Shown here: in pieces, positions 37,856 through 49,495 of the stretch
Layout: every line of letters begins with the position of its first letter
How positions within the stretch are numbered: the first letter of the stretch is position 1
From: Deferribacterales bacterium
Lineage (GTDB): Bacteria; Chrysiogenota; Deferribacteres; Deferribacterales; Geovibrionaceae
Assembly: GCA_050253075.1 (NCBI GenBank)
Contig: JBFWJS010000002.1
Span: forward strand, 448,001 to 512,000
Length of the DNA stretch: 64,000 bases
Reading direction: 5' to 3'
Made by a program: the position numbers and the translations under genes
The notes under the pieces: generated by a model
The model's input: only the letters and a program-made list of their open reading frames with translations
What the model was told of the DNA's origin: nothing
Databases searched by the model: none

Positions 37856-39432
37856 TGCAGAGCGGATACTGGATGCTGGTGCTCCATTCGCACCTCCCAT
37901 TTGTAAAACATCCTGAATACGAATATTTCCTCGAAGAACACTGGTTCTATGAGGCGATATCCGAAACATACATTCCGATGCTCCAATACATGAAAAAGAT
38001 GGAGGACGAAGGGATAAACTTCCGCTTCGCCGTGTCTGTCACTCCGCCTCTGGCAGAGATGATGAGCGACGGACTCCTCATGAGCAGATATGAAAAGCAT
38101 ATGGACAAGATGCTGGAGCTCGCTGATAAAGAGATCGAACGCACCAAAGGCACATGCTTTGAACACCTCGCACACATGTATAAAGAGCGCTTTCAGGGGA
38201 TAAAGGACTTCTACTACGGATATCTGAATAGAAGCCTGATAGCGGGATACCGTCATTTCCTCGAAAAGGGATACATAGACGTCATAACCTGCGGATTCAC
38301 ACACGGCTTTCTCCCGCTGCTGACAAACACGGAGAATGCTGTACGTGCACAGGTAGAGATGGCAGTGAAGAGCCACGAGCAGAAATTCGGTCAGCCGCCG
38401 AAAGGTATATGGCTGCCTGAGTGCGCATACTTCGAAGGGCTCGACGACATACTCGCCGAATACGGCATAAGATACTTCTTTGTCGATACCCACGGCGTGC
38501 TGTATGCAAAGCCCAGACCTAGATACGGCGTTTATGCACCCGTATATACAAAGAGCGGCGTTGCGGCTTTCGGACGTGACTATTACTCATCGAAGCAGGT
38601 GTGGAGTTCCAAAGAGGGCTACCCCGGCGACGTGAGCTACAGAGACTTTTATCGTGACATAGGCTACGACCTTGACCACGACTATATAAAACCATACATC
38701 AGTCCTGACGGTGAGCGTGTCTTCACAGGATTCAAGTATCACCGCATCACGGGCGACAGCGAATATAAAGAATTCTATGACCACCGCATAGCATCCGAAA
38801 AAACTGTCGGACACGCAAAGCACTTTGTCCACGAGCGTGAAAAACAGCTCGCCGAGATAGGCGAACTGATCGACCGCAAGCCTGTGGTTGTATCCCCATA
38901 CGACGCAGAGCTTTACGGGCACTGGTGGTTTGAGGGGCCGGAGTTCCTTTATAACGTTTTCAAAGAGATGGACAAATCGTCATCCGTAAAGGCTGTCACA
39001 CCGTCTGAATACCTGCAGGAGTACCCGACCAATCAGGTGGTCTCCGTGAACCCTTCATCATGGGGGGACAAAGGGTATTACGACGTGTGGCTGAACAAAG
39101 GGAACGACTGGATATACCGCCACCTGCACTTTATGTCGGACAAGATGGTAGACATGGCGAAATACTACCACAGCACAGGCAACGACTATAAGCGCAGATG
39201 TCTGAACCAGATGGCTCGTGAGCTATTCCTTGCGCAGAGCAGCGACTGGGCTTTCCTCGTGACCACGGGCACAGCTATAGACTATGCCGTTCAGCGTACG
39301 AAGGAGCACATACACAACTTCATGCGACTAAGAGACATGGTGGAAGACAGCTTCGAAGACTGGCAATTCCTCGAAAAGCTGGAAACGAAGAACAGCATCT
39401 TCCCTGCTATGGACTTCAGAATTTACTGCTGA
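37855..39432 (+). CDS. GH57 1,4-alpha-glucan branching enzyme (DUF1957)
   Basis: LVLHSHLPFV, GIWLPECAY, PYDAELYGHWWFEG, LAQSSDWAF. Confidence 0.9.
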   Translation: MQSGYWMLVLHSHLPFVKHPEYEYFLEEHWFYEAISETYIPMLQYMKKMEDEGINFRFAVSVTPPLAEMMSDGLLMSRYEKHMDKMLELADKEIERTKGTCFEHLAHMYKERFQGIKDFYYGYLNRSLIAGYRHFLEKGYIDVITCGFTHGFLPLLTNTENAVRAQVEMAVKSHEQKFGQPPKGIWLPECAYFEGLDDILAEYGIRYFFVDTHGVLYAKPRPRYGVYAPVYTKSGVAAFGRDYYSSKQVWSSKEGYPGDVSYRDFYRDIGYDLDHDYIKPYISPDGERVFTGFKYHRITGDSEYKEFYDHRIASEKTVGHAKHFVHEREKQLAEIGELIDRKPVVVSPYDAELYGHWWFEGPEFLYNVFKEMDKSSSVKAVTPSEYLQEYPTNQVVSVNPSSWGDKGYYDVWLNKGNDWIYRHLHFMSDKMVDMAKYYHSTGNDYKRRCLNQMARELFLAQSSDWAFLVTTGTAIDYAVQRTKEHIHNFMRLRDMVEDSFEDWQFLEKLETKNSIFPAMDFRIYC

Positions 39433-39542
39433 TAAGCAAACAACTTGAGGCGGAACGACCTCTATATTTCCTATAATATTGTTATTGTAAACAGACAAAA
39501 ACGGTATTATAATAGATAAAATTTATCCATAAGGAGACTCAA

Positions 39543-40055
39543 ATGGTATCCGACAAAATGGCTAAGGCGCTCAACGCCCAGCTCAATTTCGAACTTTACT
39601 CTGCATACGTTTATCTCGCTATGTCTGCACATGCGGACAACATAGGGCTGAAAGGTTTTTCAAACTGGTTCAACGCCCAGTATCAGGAAGAGATGATGCA
39701 TGCTACTAAATTTTTCAACTACATCATGGACAGATCGGTAGTGGAACTTGAAACTATCGAAAAGCCAAGAAAAGAATATAAAGACGCCCTTGAGATGTTT
39801 GAAGAAACTCTCAAGCACGAGCAGGAAGTTACAGCTAGAATAAACGACCTCGCTTCCCTCGCCCTCGATGAAAAAGACCACGCTACGAACACTTTCCTTC
39901 AGTGGTTCATCAACGAGCAGGTAGAAGAGGAATCCACAGTGAAAGAGATCATCGACAAGCTGAAGCTCGCAGGCGGCACAGGCTCAGGGCTCTTCATGAT
40001 AAACAGCGAACTCTCCACAAGAGTGTTCACTCCGCCCGCAGACCCTGCTGCATAA
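39543..40055 (+). CDS. ftn: Non-heme ferritin
   Basis: ELYSAYVYLAM, EEMMHA, HEQEVT, FLQWFINEQVEEE ferroxidase ligands. Confidence 0.93.
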   Translation: MVSDKMAKALNAQLNFELYSAYVYLAMSAHADNIGLKGFSNWFNAQYQEEMMHATKFFNYIMDRSVVELETIEKPRKEYKDALEMFEETLKHEQEVTARINDLASLALDEKDHATNTFLQWFINEQVEEESTVKEIIDKLKLAGGTGSGLFMINSELSTRVFTPPADPAA

Positions 40056-40075
40056 ATTTAAGACTTAAATATACG

Positions 40076-40107
40076 AAGGCCCGTCAGCAATGGCGGGCTT
40101 TTCTTTT
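40076..40107 (+). terminator. Intrinsic terminator after ferritin
   Basis: GGCCCGTCA-GCAA-TGGCGGGCT then TTTCTTTT. Confidence 0.75.
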
Positions 40108-40167
40108 GTCATACTGAAGGACCTGAAATATTCAGATTCTTCGTTCTCTTCTTTCACTCAGAATGAC
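40108..40167. repeat. Palindromic intergenic repeat, copy 2 (degenerate)
   Basis: GTCATACTGAAGGACCT..AGATTCTTCG..CTCAGAATGAC. Confidence 0.7.
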
Positions 40168-40223
40168 ACCGCTGTATACCTTTATTTCATTTACATCGTC
40201 ACGACAAATAGTTAAAATAAAAC

Positions 40224-42062
40224 ATGATCAAACGTCTGGCAGTTTACATAAGCGTACTTGTTGTTTTTATCCTGTCTATGACCACTGGCATATACTTTGC
40301 CCAGTCGAAGAAGCTGATACAGGACGACGTAAAGTCTCAGGCGGAACTTATCCTCCGCATGAAGCGCAACGGCATAGAGGACTTCCTCGATAAAGCCAGC
40401 TATCTCACCACTGCCATAGCCGAAAATGCAGACCTCAAAGCATATTTCAAAGACCCCTCCACGAGGAAAACCGCAGAAGACCTCTTCATGACATACAGCA
40501 GTAAGATCGAAGACATACAGGCTATGCGACTCGTCACACTGGACGGAGACATCGTGGTCTTCATCCGTGAGGGCGTGGTGCTTACCGGCGACCCGAACTA
40601 TGAAGTGATCAACCTCAGCAACAGGAACTTCTTTCAGAAAGTAAAAGAGAACAACAGTAAAGTGCCCGTATTCTCTGACTTTGAAAGGGGACATCTGCCT
40701 GATGCGACATCCTTCTGCCCTTCGATGATACGCTCGCTTATACCTGTTTTCGAAGGTGAAAAGGTGCTGGGATACCTCATAATAAACTTCTGGGGGAGCA
40801 AGCTGGGCGACACTGTCAGCCAGCTCGACAACCGCAGGGGGATATCTTTCATAGCAGAGATAAACAGCATTAACCCCGAGCGGGACGGCGTATTCCTCTT
40901 TCACCATGACAGAAAATACGAATTCGCCAATCAGTTCGGCACATCATATTTCTTTGAAAACGTATACGGCACGGATGCCTTTAAGTGGCTGCAGCAGGAA
41001 GACGACCCCATACTGGAGCTGGACGGCGGATATATGTTCTGCACAACACTGAATCCGTATCAGACCCCAGAGCAGTCATGGAGGATATGCACACTGATGA
41101 ACAGCGACTATTTCTTCCGCTCGCTTCATTTGCTCAGGCGTGATTTCCTCGCCGTCATGTTCTTTTCCATTTTCCTCAGCGTGCTGACAGCCGTGGTATT
41201 CAGCAGGTACTTCATGAAGCCCTTCGCAGAGATAAAGCTGGCGGTGAAGGCATACAGCGAAGGGAACTTTGACCACGAAATAGACGGCCATTTCACAGGT
41301 GAAATAGACGAGATAGTAGACAGCATCCGCTCCATGGCGGGCTCGCTGAAGATATATATCAAAGACATACAAAACACACAGACAAAGCTGGAGCTGATGA
41401 ACAGGCTCTCGGCGCTCGGTGTAATGGCGGGGGGTGTCGCACACGAGCTGAACACACCGCTGAACAGCATCATAGTCCTTGCGGGGCTTCTGGAGGAGGA
41501 GATCCCCGAGCAGTCCGAAGACCTCGAAACCATAAAGGCAGAAGCAAAGCGCTGTGTGGACATCATAAAGAATCTGCGTAAACTCGCACCGAGCAAAGAC
41601 TCCGAGACGGTTTTCGAAGAAGTGGACATGAAGCACCTCGTGGAAGAGACTGTCCGCTATATGGGCTTTAAGCCAGGTGTCAAAGTGAACATGGAGCTGA
41701 CGGACGTCACGGTGAAGGGCTATCCGACACTGCTTCAGCAGGTGCTGGTAAACCTTATACAAAACGCAATGGACGCCATAGAGCATGATGGTTCCATAGA
41801 TATAAAACTGAGCCGTACAGAAGACAAAGTGCTCCTGTCCGTGAGCGACACGGGCGAAGGGATAGAGCAGGAGAAACTGAATAAGATATTCGACCCCTTC
41901 TATACCTCGAAATCACCTGAAAAAGGTATGGGGCTCGGCCTCGCATTGGTGTATAAAATAGTAAAGAAACATGGCGGACAGATAAATGTGGAGAGTGCAG
42001 AATCGCTGGGAACCACATTTACTATTATTCTGGAGAAGAGAGATGAAAGTAGTTCTGATTGA
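40224..42062 (+). CDS. Membrane sensor histidine kinase with large periplasmic (Cache-like) domain and HAMP
   Basis: Two TMs, H-box GGVAHELNTPL, QVLVNLIQNAMDA, DTGEGI, GMGLGL. Confidence 0.92.
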   Translation: MIKRLAVYISVLVVFILSMTTGIYFAQSKKLIQDDVKSQAELILRMKRNGIEDFLDKASYLTTAIAENADLKAYFKDPSTRKTAEDLFMTYSSKIEDIQAMRLVTLDGDIVVFIREGVVLTGDPNYEVINLSNRNFFQKVKENNSKVPVFSDFERGHLPDATSFCPSMIRSLIPVFEGEKVLGYLIINFWGSKLGDTVSQLDNRRGISFIAEINSINPERDGVFLFHHDRKYEFANQFGTSYFFENVYGTDAFKWLQQEDDPILELDGGYMFCTTLNPYQTPEQSWRICTLMNSDYFFRSLHLLRRDFLAVMFFSIFLSVLTAVVFSRYFMKPFAEIKLAVKAYSEGNFDHEIDGHFTGEIDEIVDSIRSMAGSLKIYIKDIQNTQTKLELMNRLSALGVMAGGVAHELNTPLNSIIVLAGLLEEEIPEQSEDLETIKAEAKRCVDIIKNLRKLAPSKDSETVFEEVDMKHLVEETVRYMGFKPGVKVNMELTDVTVKGYPTLLQQVLVNLIQNAMDAIEHDGSIDIKLSRTEDKVLLSVSDTGEGIEQEKLNKIFDPFYTSKSPEKGMGLGLALVYKIVKKHGGQINVESAESLGTTFTIILEKRDESSSD

Positions 42063-43332
42063 AGATGACACCACGCTGAACAGAGTTTTAAAACGTGCGA
42101 TAGAAAAACACTATTCCATCACAGCTTTCACCTCCCCCGTATCTGCCATGGAATACCTCTCCGAAAACAGCGCAGACATAGTGGTCAGCGACATACGCAT
42201 GCCGGAGCTCACAGGATTCGACGTGCTGGAGAGGGTAAAGGCATCAAACCCCGAAACATACGTGCTCCTCATGACAGGCGAAAGCACCATAGACGAATCC
42301 GTAAAAGCCATTAAAACAGGCGCATTCGACTATATCCCGAAACCAGTAGACACCGAACTGCTGATATATAAACTTCAGATGACCGAAGAGACCATATCTC
42401 TGAAAAATACGGCGGACATACACAGCCGTCCCGACAGCTTTGTCATGGCATCCCAGAGCATAAAGGAGATAGCCCTGCAGGCTCAAAGGGTGGCGAAATC
42501 CGATACGAACGTTATGATAACGGGCGAGACAGGCACGGGAAAGGAAGTGATGGCACGCTACATACATGAAAACAGCGAGCGGAGCAAAAAGATATTTGCT
42601 GCTATCAACTGCTGCAACCTTCAGCCGCACCTGTTCGAGCGTGAGCTCTTCGGACATAAGAAAGGCTCATTCACAGGAGCGGATAAAGACAGCAAGGGTA
42701 TCGTACAGACAGCCTTCGGAGGCACGCTCTTCCTCGACGAGATAGGCGAGATGCCCCTCGACCTTCAGCCGAAATTCCTCAGATTCCTCGAGACAAAGAG
42801 CTTCTACCCTGTCGGTGCATCCCTGCAGGAGACATCCGATGTGCGCATCATAGCAGCCACAAACCGAGACCCTCTCGAGATGGTGGCAAAGGGAACTTTC
42901 AGAGAAGACCTCTACTACAGGCTGAATGTATTCAACATACTGCTCCCTCCGCTGAGAGAGCGAAAAGACGACATCCTCCCGCTGGCAAGCCATTTCATAC
43001 AGAAATACAGGCACATCAACACAGCCGTGACAGGCATAGAAGAAGCCGCCGTGGAGTGTCTGCGTAATTACAACTTCCCCGGGAATATACGCGAACTGTC
43101 GAACATTATCGAAAGAGCTATGATACTGGAACAGACGGATAAGCTCACATGCGCATCGCTGAACCTCGGATGCAGAGTGCAGGACGAAGACATCTCGCTG
43201 GAGACTGTCACCCGAAGACACATAATATCCGTGCTCGACATGTGCGACGGAAACAAACAGCACGCAGCAGAAAAGCTCGGCATAGACGCATCCACCATAT
43301 ACCGCAGGCTGAAAGAATACGGCATAAGCTAA
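42043..43332 (+). CDS. Sigma-54-dependent (NtrC-family) response regulator
   Basis: Receiver (IEDD, SDIRMP), [39 protein letters not shown], Fis-type HTH; start moved to ATG 42043. Confidence 0.95.
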   Translation: MKVVLIEDDTTLNRVLKRAIEKHYSITAFTSPVSAMEYLSENSADIVVSDIRMPELTGFDVLERVKASNPETYVLLMTGESTIDESVKAIKTGAFDYIPKPVDTELLIYKLQMTEETISLKNTADIHSRPDSFVMASQSIKEIALQAQRVAKSDTNVMITGETGTGKEVMARYIHENSERSKKIFAAINCCNLQPHLFERELFGHKKGSFTGADKDSKGIVQTAFGGTLFLDEIGEMPLDLQPKFLRFLETKSFYPVGASLQETSDVRIIAATNRDPLEMVAKGTFREDLYYRLNVFNILLPPLRERKDDILPLASHFIQKYRHINTAVTGIEEAAVECLRNYNFPGNIRELSNIIERAMILEQTDKLTCASLNLGCRVQDEDISLETVTRRHIISVLDMCDGNKQHAAEKLGIDASTIYRRLKEYGIS

Positions 43333-43404
43333 GCCGCATTTCTATACCTGCCAAGTCTCTTTATCACTGGTAAATAATAACTTTTCAAAACGGCAAACTA
43401 TTAT

Positions 43405-43452
43405 TTTTGCATTTAGCAAAATATTCTAACGCCTTTTTTGCATTTTGCAAAA
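43405..43452. promoter_or_regulatory. Tandem palindromic upstream activator sites
   Basis: TTTTGC-ATTTA-GCAAAA (43405-43421) and TTTTGC-ATTTT-GCAAAA (43436-43452), 31 bp apart. Confidence 0.7.
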
Positions 43453-43489
43453 ACCTTAACGAAGATTCAGCTTTACAAGCGTTCATTTC

Positions 43490-43505
43490 AGGCACGCACA
43501 TTGCA
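43490..43505 (+). promoter_or_regulatory. Sigma-54 -24/-12 promoter of the multiheme cytochrome
   Basis: AGGCACG-CACA-TTGCA versus consensus TGGCACG-N4-TTGC. Confidence 0.85.
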
Positions 43506-43674
43506 TATAAAATTGTAGAAGTTTCAACGAATAAATATCCGTCATCTTCAAGAAAGGTACAGGACTGTACCTCGCGAAGCGGGAGCCAATGCAGACCAGT
43601 TTGCATTAGGCGACACGAAAAAATAACACGGATGTTATTTTTGAGAAACTTTTCAGTTACAACGGAGGTGTAAA

Positions 43675-45597
43675 GTGCGTAAAGCAATACTTTTAACATT
43701 GATTGCCCTTCTTTCCGTTTCTGCATATGCATACGAGAGCGACTCGACATGCGTACGCTGCCACGGCGATGAGGTAATGATGAAAGAACTCGGATTTCCA
43801 CAGATGTACCTTGACCCTGCTAAGGTAGACGAAGAGGTAAACATGGGCGGAATATCCTGCGTCAGCTGCCACCTGGGCGATAATACAAAGCTGGACAAAG
43901 ACGCTGCCCACGAAGGCATGCCAAGACCATTCTACGCAGCAGTAGGTAAAAATCATAAATATCAGGCTGTCAGCAGAGAGATCACAAACTATGATCCTAT
44001 CCAGCCTAAAGGCACAAACAGAACAAAAGTTCTTATCAGAAAGCCTACAAACGAAGCTATGGCTAAAGAGCAGGGGATAAAAAACATCATCCAGCTCTAC
44101 TACCATGACCACGACCCTGAAACAATGGCATACAACCCTGAGATCGCAAGACAGACCTGCGGTAACTGCCATGAGAAGGAAGTAACAGATTACAACAAAT
44201 CAGGCATGGGACTTAACAAATACCAGAGAGGCTTTACTTCATGGACAGCATCACCTCCCGGACCACAGAACTGCGGTTACTGGTTCGGCGATGAAGCTAA
44301 CTATAAAGAAGTTAAAGGCGAATGCACAAAGCCTGAAGAATATAAAGGCACAATGGCTCAGGCAAGCGGAAGAGGCTGTAACAAGTGTCACGCTTCCTGC
44401 AACGACTGCCACTATGAAGGATATAAGAAATCTGAAGCAAGACATAAATTCACGGCTTCTCCTGATAAACTCTCCTGCTACGGAAGCGGTAAAGGTACTA
44501 TCTGCCACGCCGGTCCTATGGACAGAAGACGTGGAGCCGGTTTCCTCCGTGAAGAGTTCGCTTTCCCTGTGAACGAGCTCCCAAGAGATGCTCACGATGC
44601 AGCAGGTCTTCAGTGCAGCGACTGCCACACATTCAAAGACCACTCATACGGACATCTCGGCTCTGAAGATGCTAAGAAATCCTGCTCTAACTGCCACACA
44701 GAGATCTATGACGCAGTTAAATCAGGCGACCACCAGAATGTAGACTGTACATCATGCCACATTCAGGAAGTCGGCGCTTACCAGTTCACTTTCTGGGGCC
44801 CCGGTAAATCTGAAGGCATGCCTAACAAGTTTACAAAACATAAAGAATTCTACGGCAAACGAGACCAGCCTATGCTTGTGAAACATCCTGAATCAGGCCA
44901 GTGGATACCTCTTAAACCATACCCAATGGGAACAATGGGCATAGGTAAAGATGCTGCTCCTGAAGGTCTTAAGCTGAGAACTATCGAAAAAACAGAAGTA
45001 AAAGGCATCACCAAAATAGGCGAGCCTGAGAGCTTTGTTGTTGAGCGTAAAGCTGACCAGGTGAACGATATGTACATCATCACAGGTACACACGAAGGCT
45101 TCGAAACAAACGATAAGATGCTCGCTTGGATCCAGATGGACAAGATGTCTCACTCTGTAGGCAAAGCAAGAGACTGCGACAGCTGTCACTCTTCACACGA
45201 GCAGAACTTTACATCATGGTACACATACCAGAACGCTAACGATGTGAAAAAACCTTTCTTCGGCTCTTACACTATGAAAGCAGGAAAAGACGGTATCACA
45301 TTCGACAATTTCACAAACTCTGAGATAGTGCTCGCTGACGGCAGAAAGGTAAGCGACTTTGCTCCTTTCATCATCAACAACACACTCTGGAACGTGAAAG
45401 GCATCGACTTCGAACTGAAGTTCGACGACAAAAAATATGCTGAAGGCAAAGCAGAATATCTGCAGCTTTCCGCTAAACTGCATCACCTCATCAGCAAAGA
45501 GAAAGATGCTGCTAAGAAAGAAAAGCTCCAGCTCATCAAAACAGTGATGAACCACAACGTGGCTTACGCTAAAAAGATGCTCAAAGAGCTTAAGTAA
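43675..45597 (+). CDS. Periplasmic multiheme c-type cytochrome (9 CxxCH plus one CX8CH)
   Basis: Sec signal (SAYA); CVRCH, CVSCH, CGNCH, CNKCH, CNDCH, CSDCH, CSNCH, CTSCH, CDSCH; CYGSGKGTICH. Confidence 0.93.
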   Translation: MRKAILLTLIALLSVSAYAYESDSTCVRCHGDEVMMKELGFPQMYLDPAKVDEEVNMGGISCVSCHLGDNTKLDKDAAHEGMPRPFYAAVGKNHKYQAVSREITNYDPIQPKGTNRTKVLIRKPTNEAMAKEQGIKNIIQLYYHDHDPETMAYNPEIARQTCGNCHEKEVTDYNKSGMGLNKYQRGFTSWTASPPGPQNCGYWFGDEANYKEVKGECTKPEEYKGTMAQASGRGCNKCHASCNDCHYEGYKKSEARHKFTASPDKLSCYGSGKGTICHAGPMDRRRGAGFLREEFAFPVNELPRDAHDAAGLQCSDCHTFKDHSYGHLGSEDAKKSCSNCHTEIYDAVKSGDHQNVDCTSCHIQEVGAYQFTFWGPGKSEGMPNKFTKHKEFYGKRDQPMLVKHPESGQWIPLKPYPMGTMGIGKDAAPEGLKLRTIEKTEVKGITKIGEPESFVVERKADQVNDMYIITGTHEGFETNDKMLAWIQMDKMSHSVGKARDCDSCHSSHEQNFTSWYTYQNANDVKKPFFGSYTMKAGKDGITFDNFTNSEIVLADGRKVSDFAPFIINNTLWNVKGIDFELKFDDKKYAEGKAEYLQLSAKLHHLISKEKDAAKKEKLQLIKTVMNHNVAYAKKMLKELK

Positions 45598-45659
45598 TAT
45601 TGTGAGATAACTAACAAGATAGAAAGAGTACGCAAGTACAGACCTCACACACACTGAAC

Positions 45660-45689
45660 GGGGCAGCCTTTTGGCTGCCCTTTTCTTTT
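45660..45689 (+). terminator. Intrinsic terminator after the cytochrome
   Basis: GGGCAGCC-TTTT-GGCTGCCC-TTTTCTTTT. Confidence 0.88.
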
Positions 45690-45731
45690 CTGTAATACTT
45701 AGCCTGTATTCAGGCGTAATGACCCAATATT

Positions 45732-46901
45732 TTACTTAATAACCTTATAGAGAGTGTCGGTGACCCGCTGGACATCTTCGTCCGTCATAGCGGGGTATAT
45801 AGGTATGGAGAAGCATCTGTCGTAATACTTCATAGCCGTCGGCAGGTTGTTCATGCTGTAGCCCTTTTCTGCATAGTAAGGCAGCATAGGCACAGGGATA
45901 TAGTGCATCTGCAGCCCTATCCCCTCCTCACGCATTCTGTTGAAGAGCTCCGCACGTGTAATGGCGAGGCTGTCGAAATATGTCTGGACAACATAAAGGT
46001 GATAAGCACTCCGCCTGTCGTAGTCGTACAGAGGCATGAATGAGCCCTTTGATGCGAATACTGCGTCATATCCTTGTGCTATCTCCCTGCGCCGCTCCAC
46101 AAAGCCGTCCAGCCGCTTCATCTGTGAAACACCTAGAGCGCACTGAAAGTCTGTGATGCGGTAATTAAAGCCCAGATCCTGCATCTCGTAATACCACGGA
46201 TTCAGATTCCCGTGGGTATCGTATGCCAGATTTTTATATTGGAATTCGTCTTTATCTTTTGTAATGCCGTGTGTGCGGAGAGCCTGTACCTTTCTGTGCA
46301 GTTTTTCGCTGTTGGTTGTTATCGCTCCGCCCTCGCCTGTCGTCACATGCTTCACCGGGTGAAAGGAGAGTATAGACATGTCAGACGATGTACAGCCGCC
46401 AGCCATGTGTCCGCCGAATTCCGCACCGAGGGAGTGTGCGCAGTCTTCCACCACGCCCAGATCGAATACTTCTTTCAGCTGTTTCAGTTTGTCCTGATCC
46501 ACGGGTCTGCCTGTCATATGGGTCACAAATATATGCCTGATATCGTCATCTGCACGCAAAAGGTCGACACACATGTCGAAGTCCATGTTCCCTTCGGGCT
46601 CTATATCTACAAATACGGGGATGCCCCCTGCATAGAGTACGGCATTGGCCGTGGCGGCAAATGTTATAGGAGAGACGAGCACCTTCTCGCCCGGCTTAAT
46701 GAGGGCAAGCGCAGCAAGGTGCAGGGCAGCAGTACCGCTGGAAACGGCAGTGGCGTATATTGCACCCGTATATTCGGATATCTCGTGCTCGAAACGCTCG
46801 ACAGCGGGGCCTGTCGTCAGAAAGTCGGAGCGCAAAGCCTCCACAACAGCGTCAATGTCGCTCTGGTCTATGCTCTGTTTTCCGTATGGGATGAACTTCA
46901 T
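45732..46901 (-). CDS. pseC: UDP-4-amino-4,6-dideoxy-N-acetyl-beta-L-altrosamine transaminase
   Basis: IPYGKQSID, SDFLTTGP, SFHPVKHVTTGEGG, GFNYRITDFQCALG; follows pseB. Confidence 0.9.
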   Translation of the reverse strand: MKFIPYGKQSIDQSDIDAVVEALRSDFLTTGPAVERFEHEISEYTGAIYATAVSSGTAALHLAALALIKPGEKVLVSPITFAATANAVLYAGGIPVFVDIEPEGNMDFDMCVDLLRADDDIRHIFVTHMTGRPVDQDKLKQLKEVFDLGVVEDCAHSLGAEFGGHMAGGCTSSDMSILSFHPVKHVTTGEGGAITTNSEKLHRKVQALRTHGITKDKDEFQYKNLAYDTHGNLNPWYYEMQDLGFNYRITDFQCALGVSQMKRLDGFVERRREIAQGYDAVFASKGSFMPLYDYDRRSAYHLYVVQTYFDSLAITRAELFNRMREEGIGLQMHYIPVPMLPYYAEKGYSMNNLPTAMKYYDRCFSIPIYPAMTDEDVQRVTDTLYKVIK

Positions 46902-48937
<2,036 letters not shown>

Positions 48938-48945
<8 letters not shown>

Positions 48946-49495
48946 ATCTACCTCTGTATTCCCTTTCCAGCATGCTCATGATGAGCACGTTTTCGTATAT
49001 ACCCTGTTTAGAATACACCTCTCGGAGCACTCCGTCAGTCTTAAATCCGAACTTCTCGTAAAATCTGATGGCTCGTTCGTTTGATTCCAGCACCTCGAGC
49101 CTCAGCGAGTGAAACTCCATAGCGTCGAACACTATCTTACATATCGCATGCATGAGTGTCTGCCCTGCGCCTTTTATTGCTTCATCGGGTCTGGCGTATA
49201 TGCCGAGGAATGCCGATTTATTCCTATAGTCTGCCTCGGTCACGGCGATGGAGCCTATGTATGTGCCCTCTCTTATCACGATGAAGTAGAACCTGTCTTC
49301 ACGCCCTTCAAGCCCTCTGGCGTATTCTAGGTGTTCTGAGACCTTTATCTCGTCGGTGGTGAACATGAACTTGCGTATCTCGGGGTCATTCCGCCAGTCG
49401 AGCACCATTAGCAGTTCGTCGTCCGATGCGGAGCAGTAGCTCTTTATCGCTACGCCTTCCATGCTGAATTTTGAGAGTATATCTGCTGCTTTCAT
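48938..49495 (-). CDS. pseH: GNAT N-acetyltransferase, PseH-like
   Basis: VLDWRNDPEIRKFM, LEVLESNERAIRFYEKFGF; context. Confidence 0.8.

Noticed and set aside
39470..39520. Fur box upstream of ferritin
   Set aside because: AT-rich, with only a weak resemblance to the Fur consensus; cannot be supported by eye.
43385..43801. Small ORFs between the regulator and the cytochrome
   Set aside because: The region is explained by upstream activator sites, the sigma-54 promoter and the leader.
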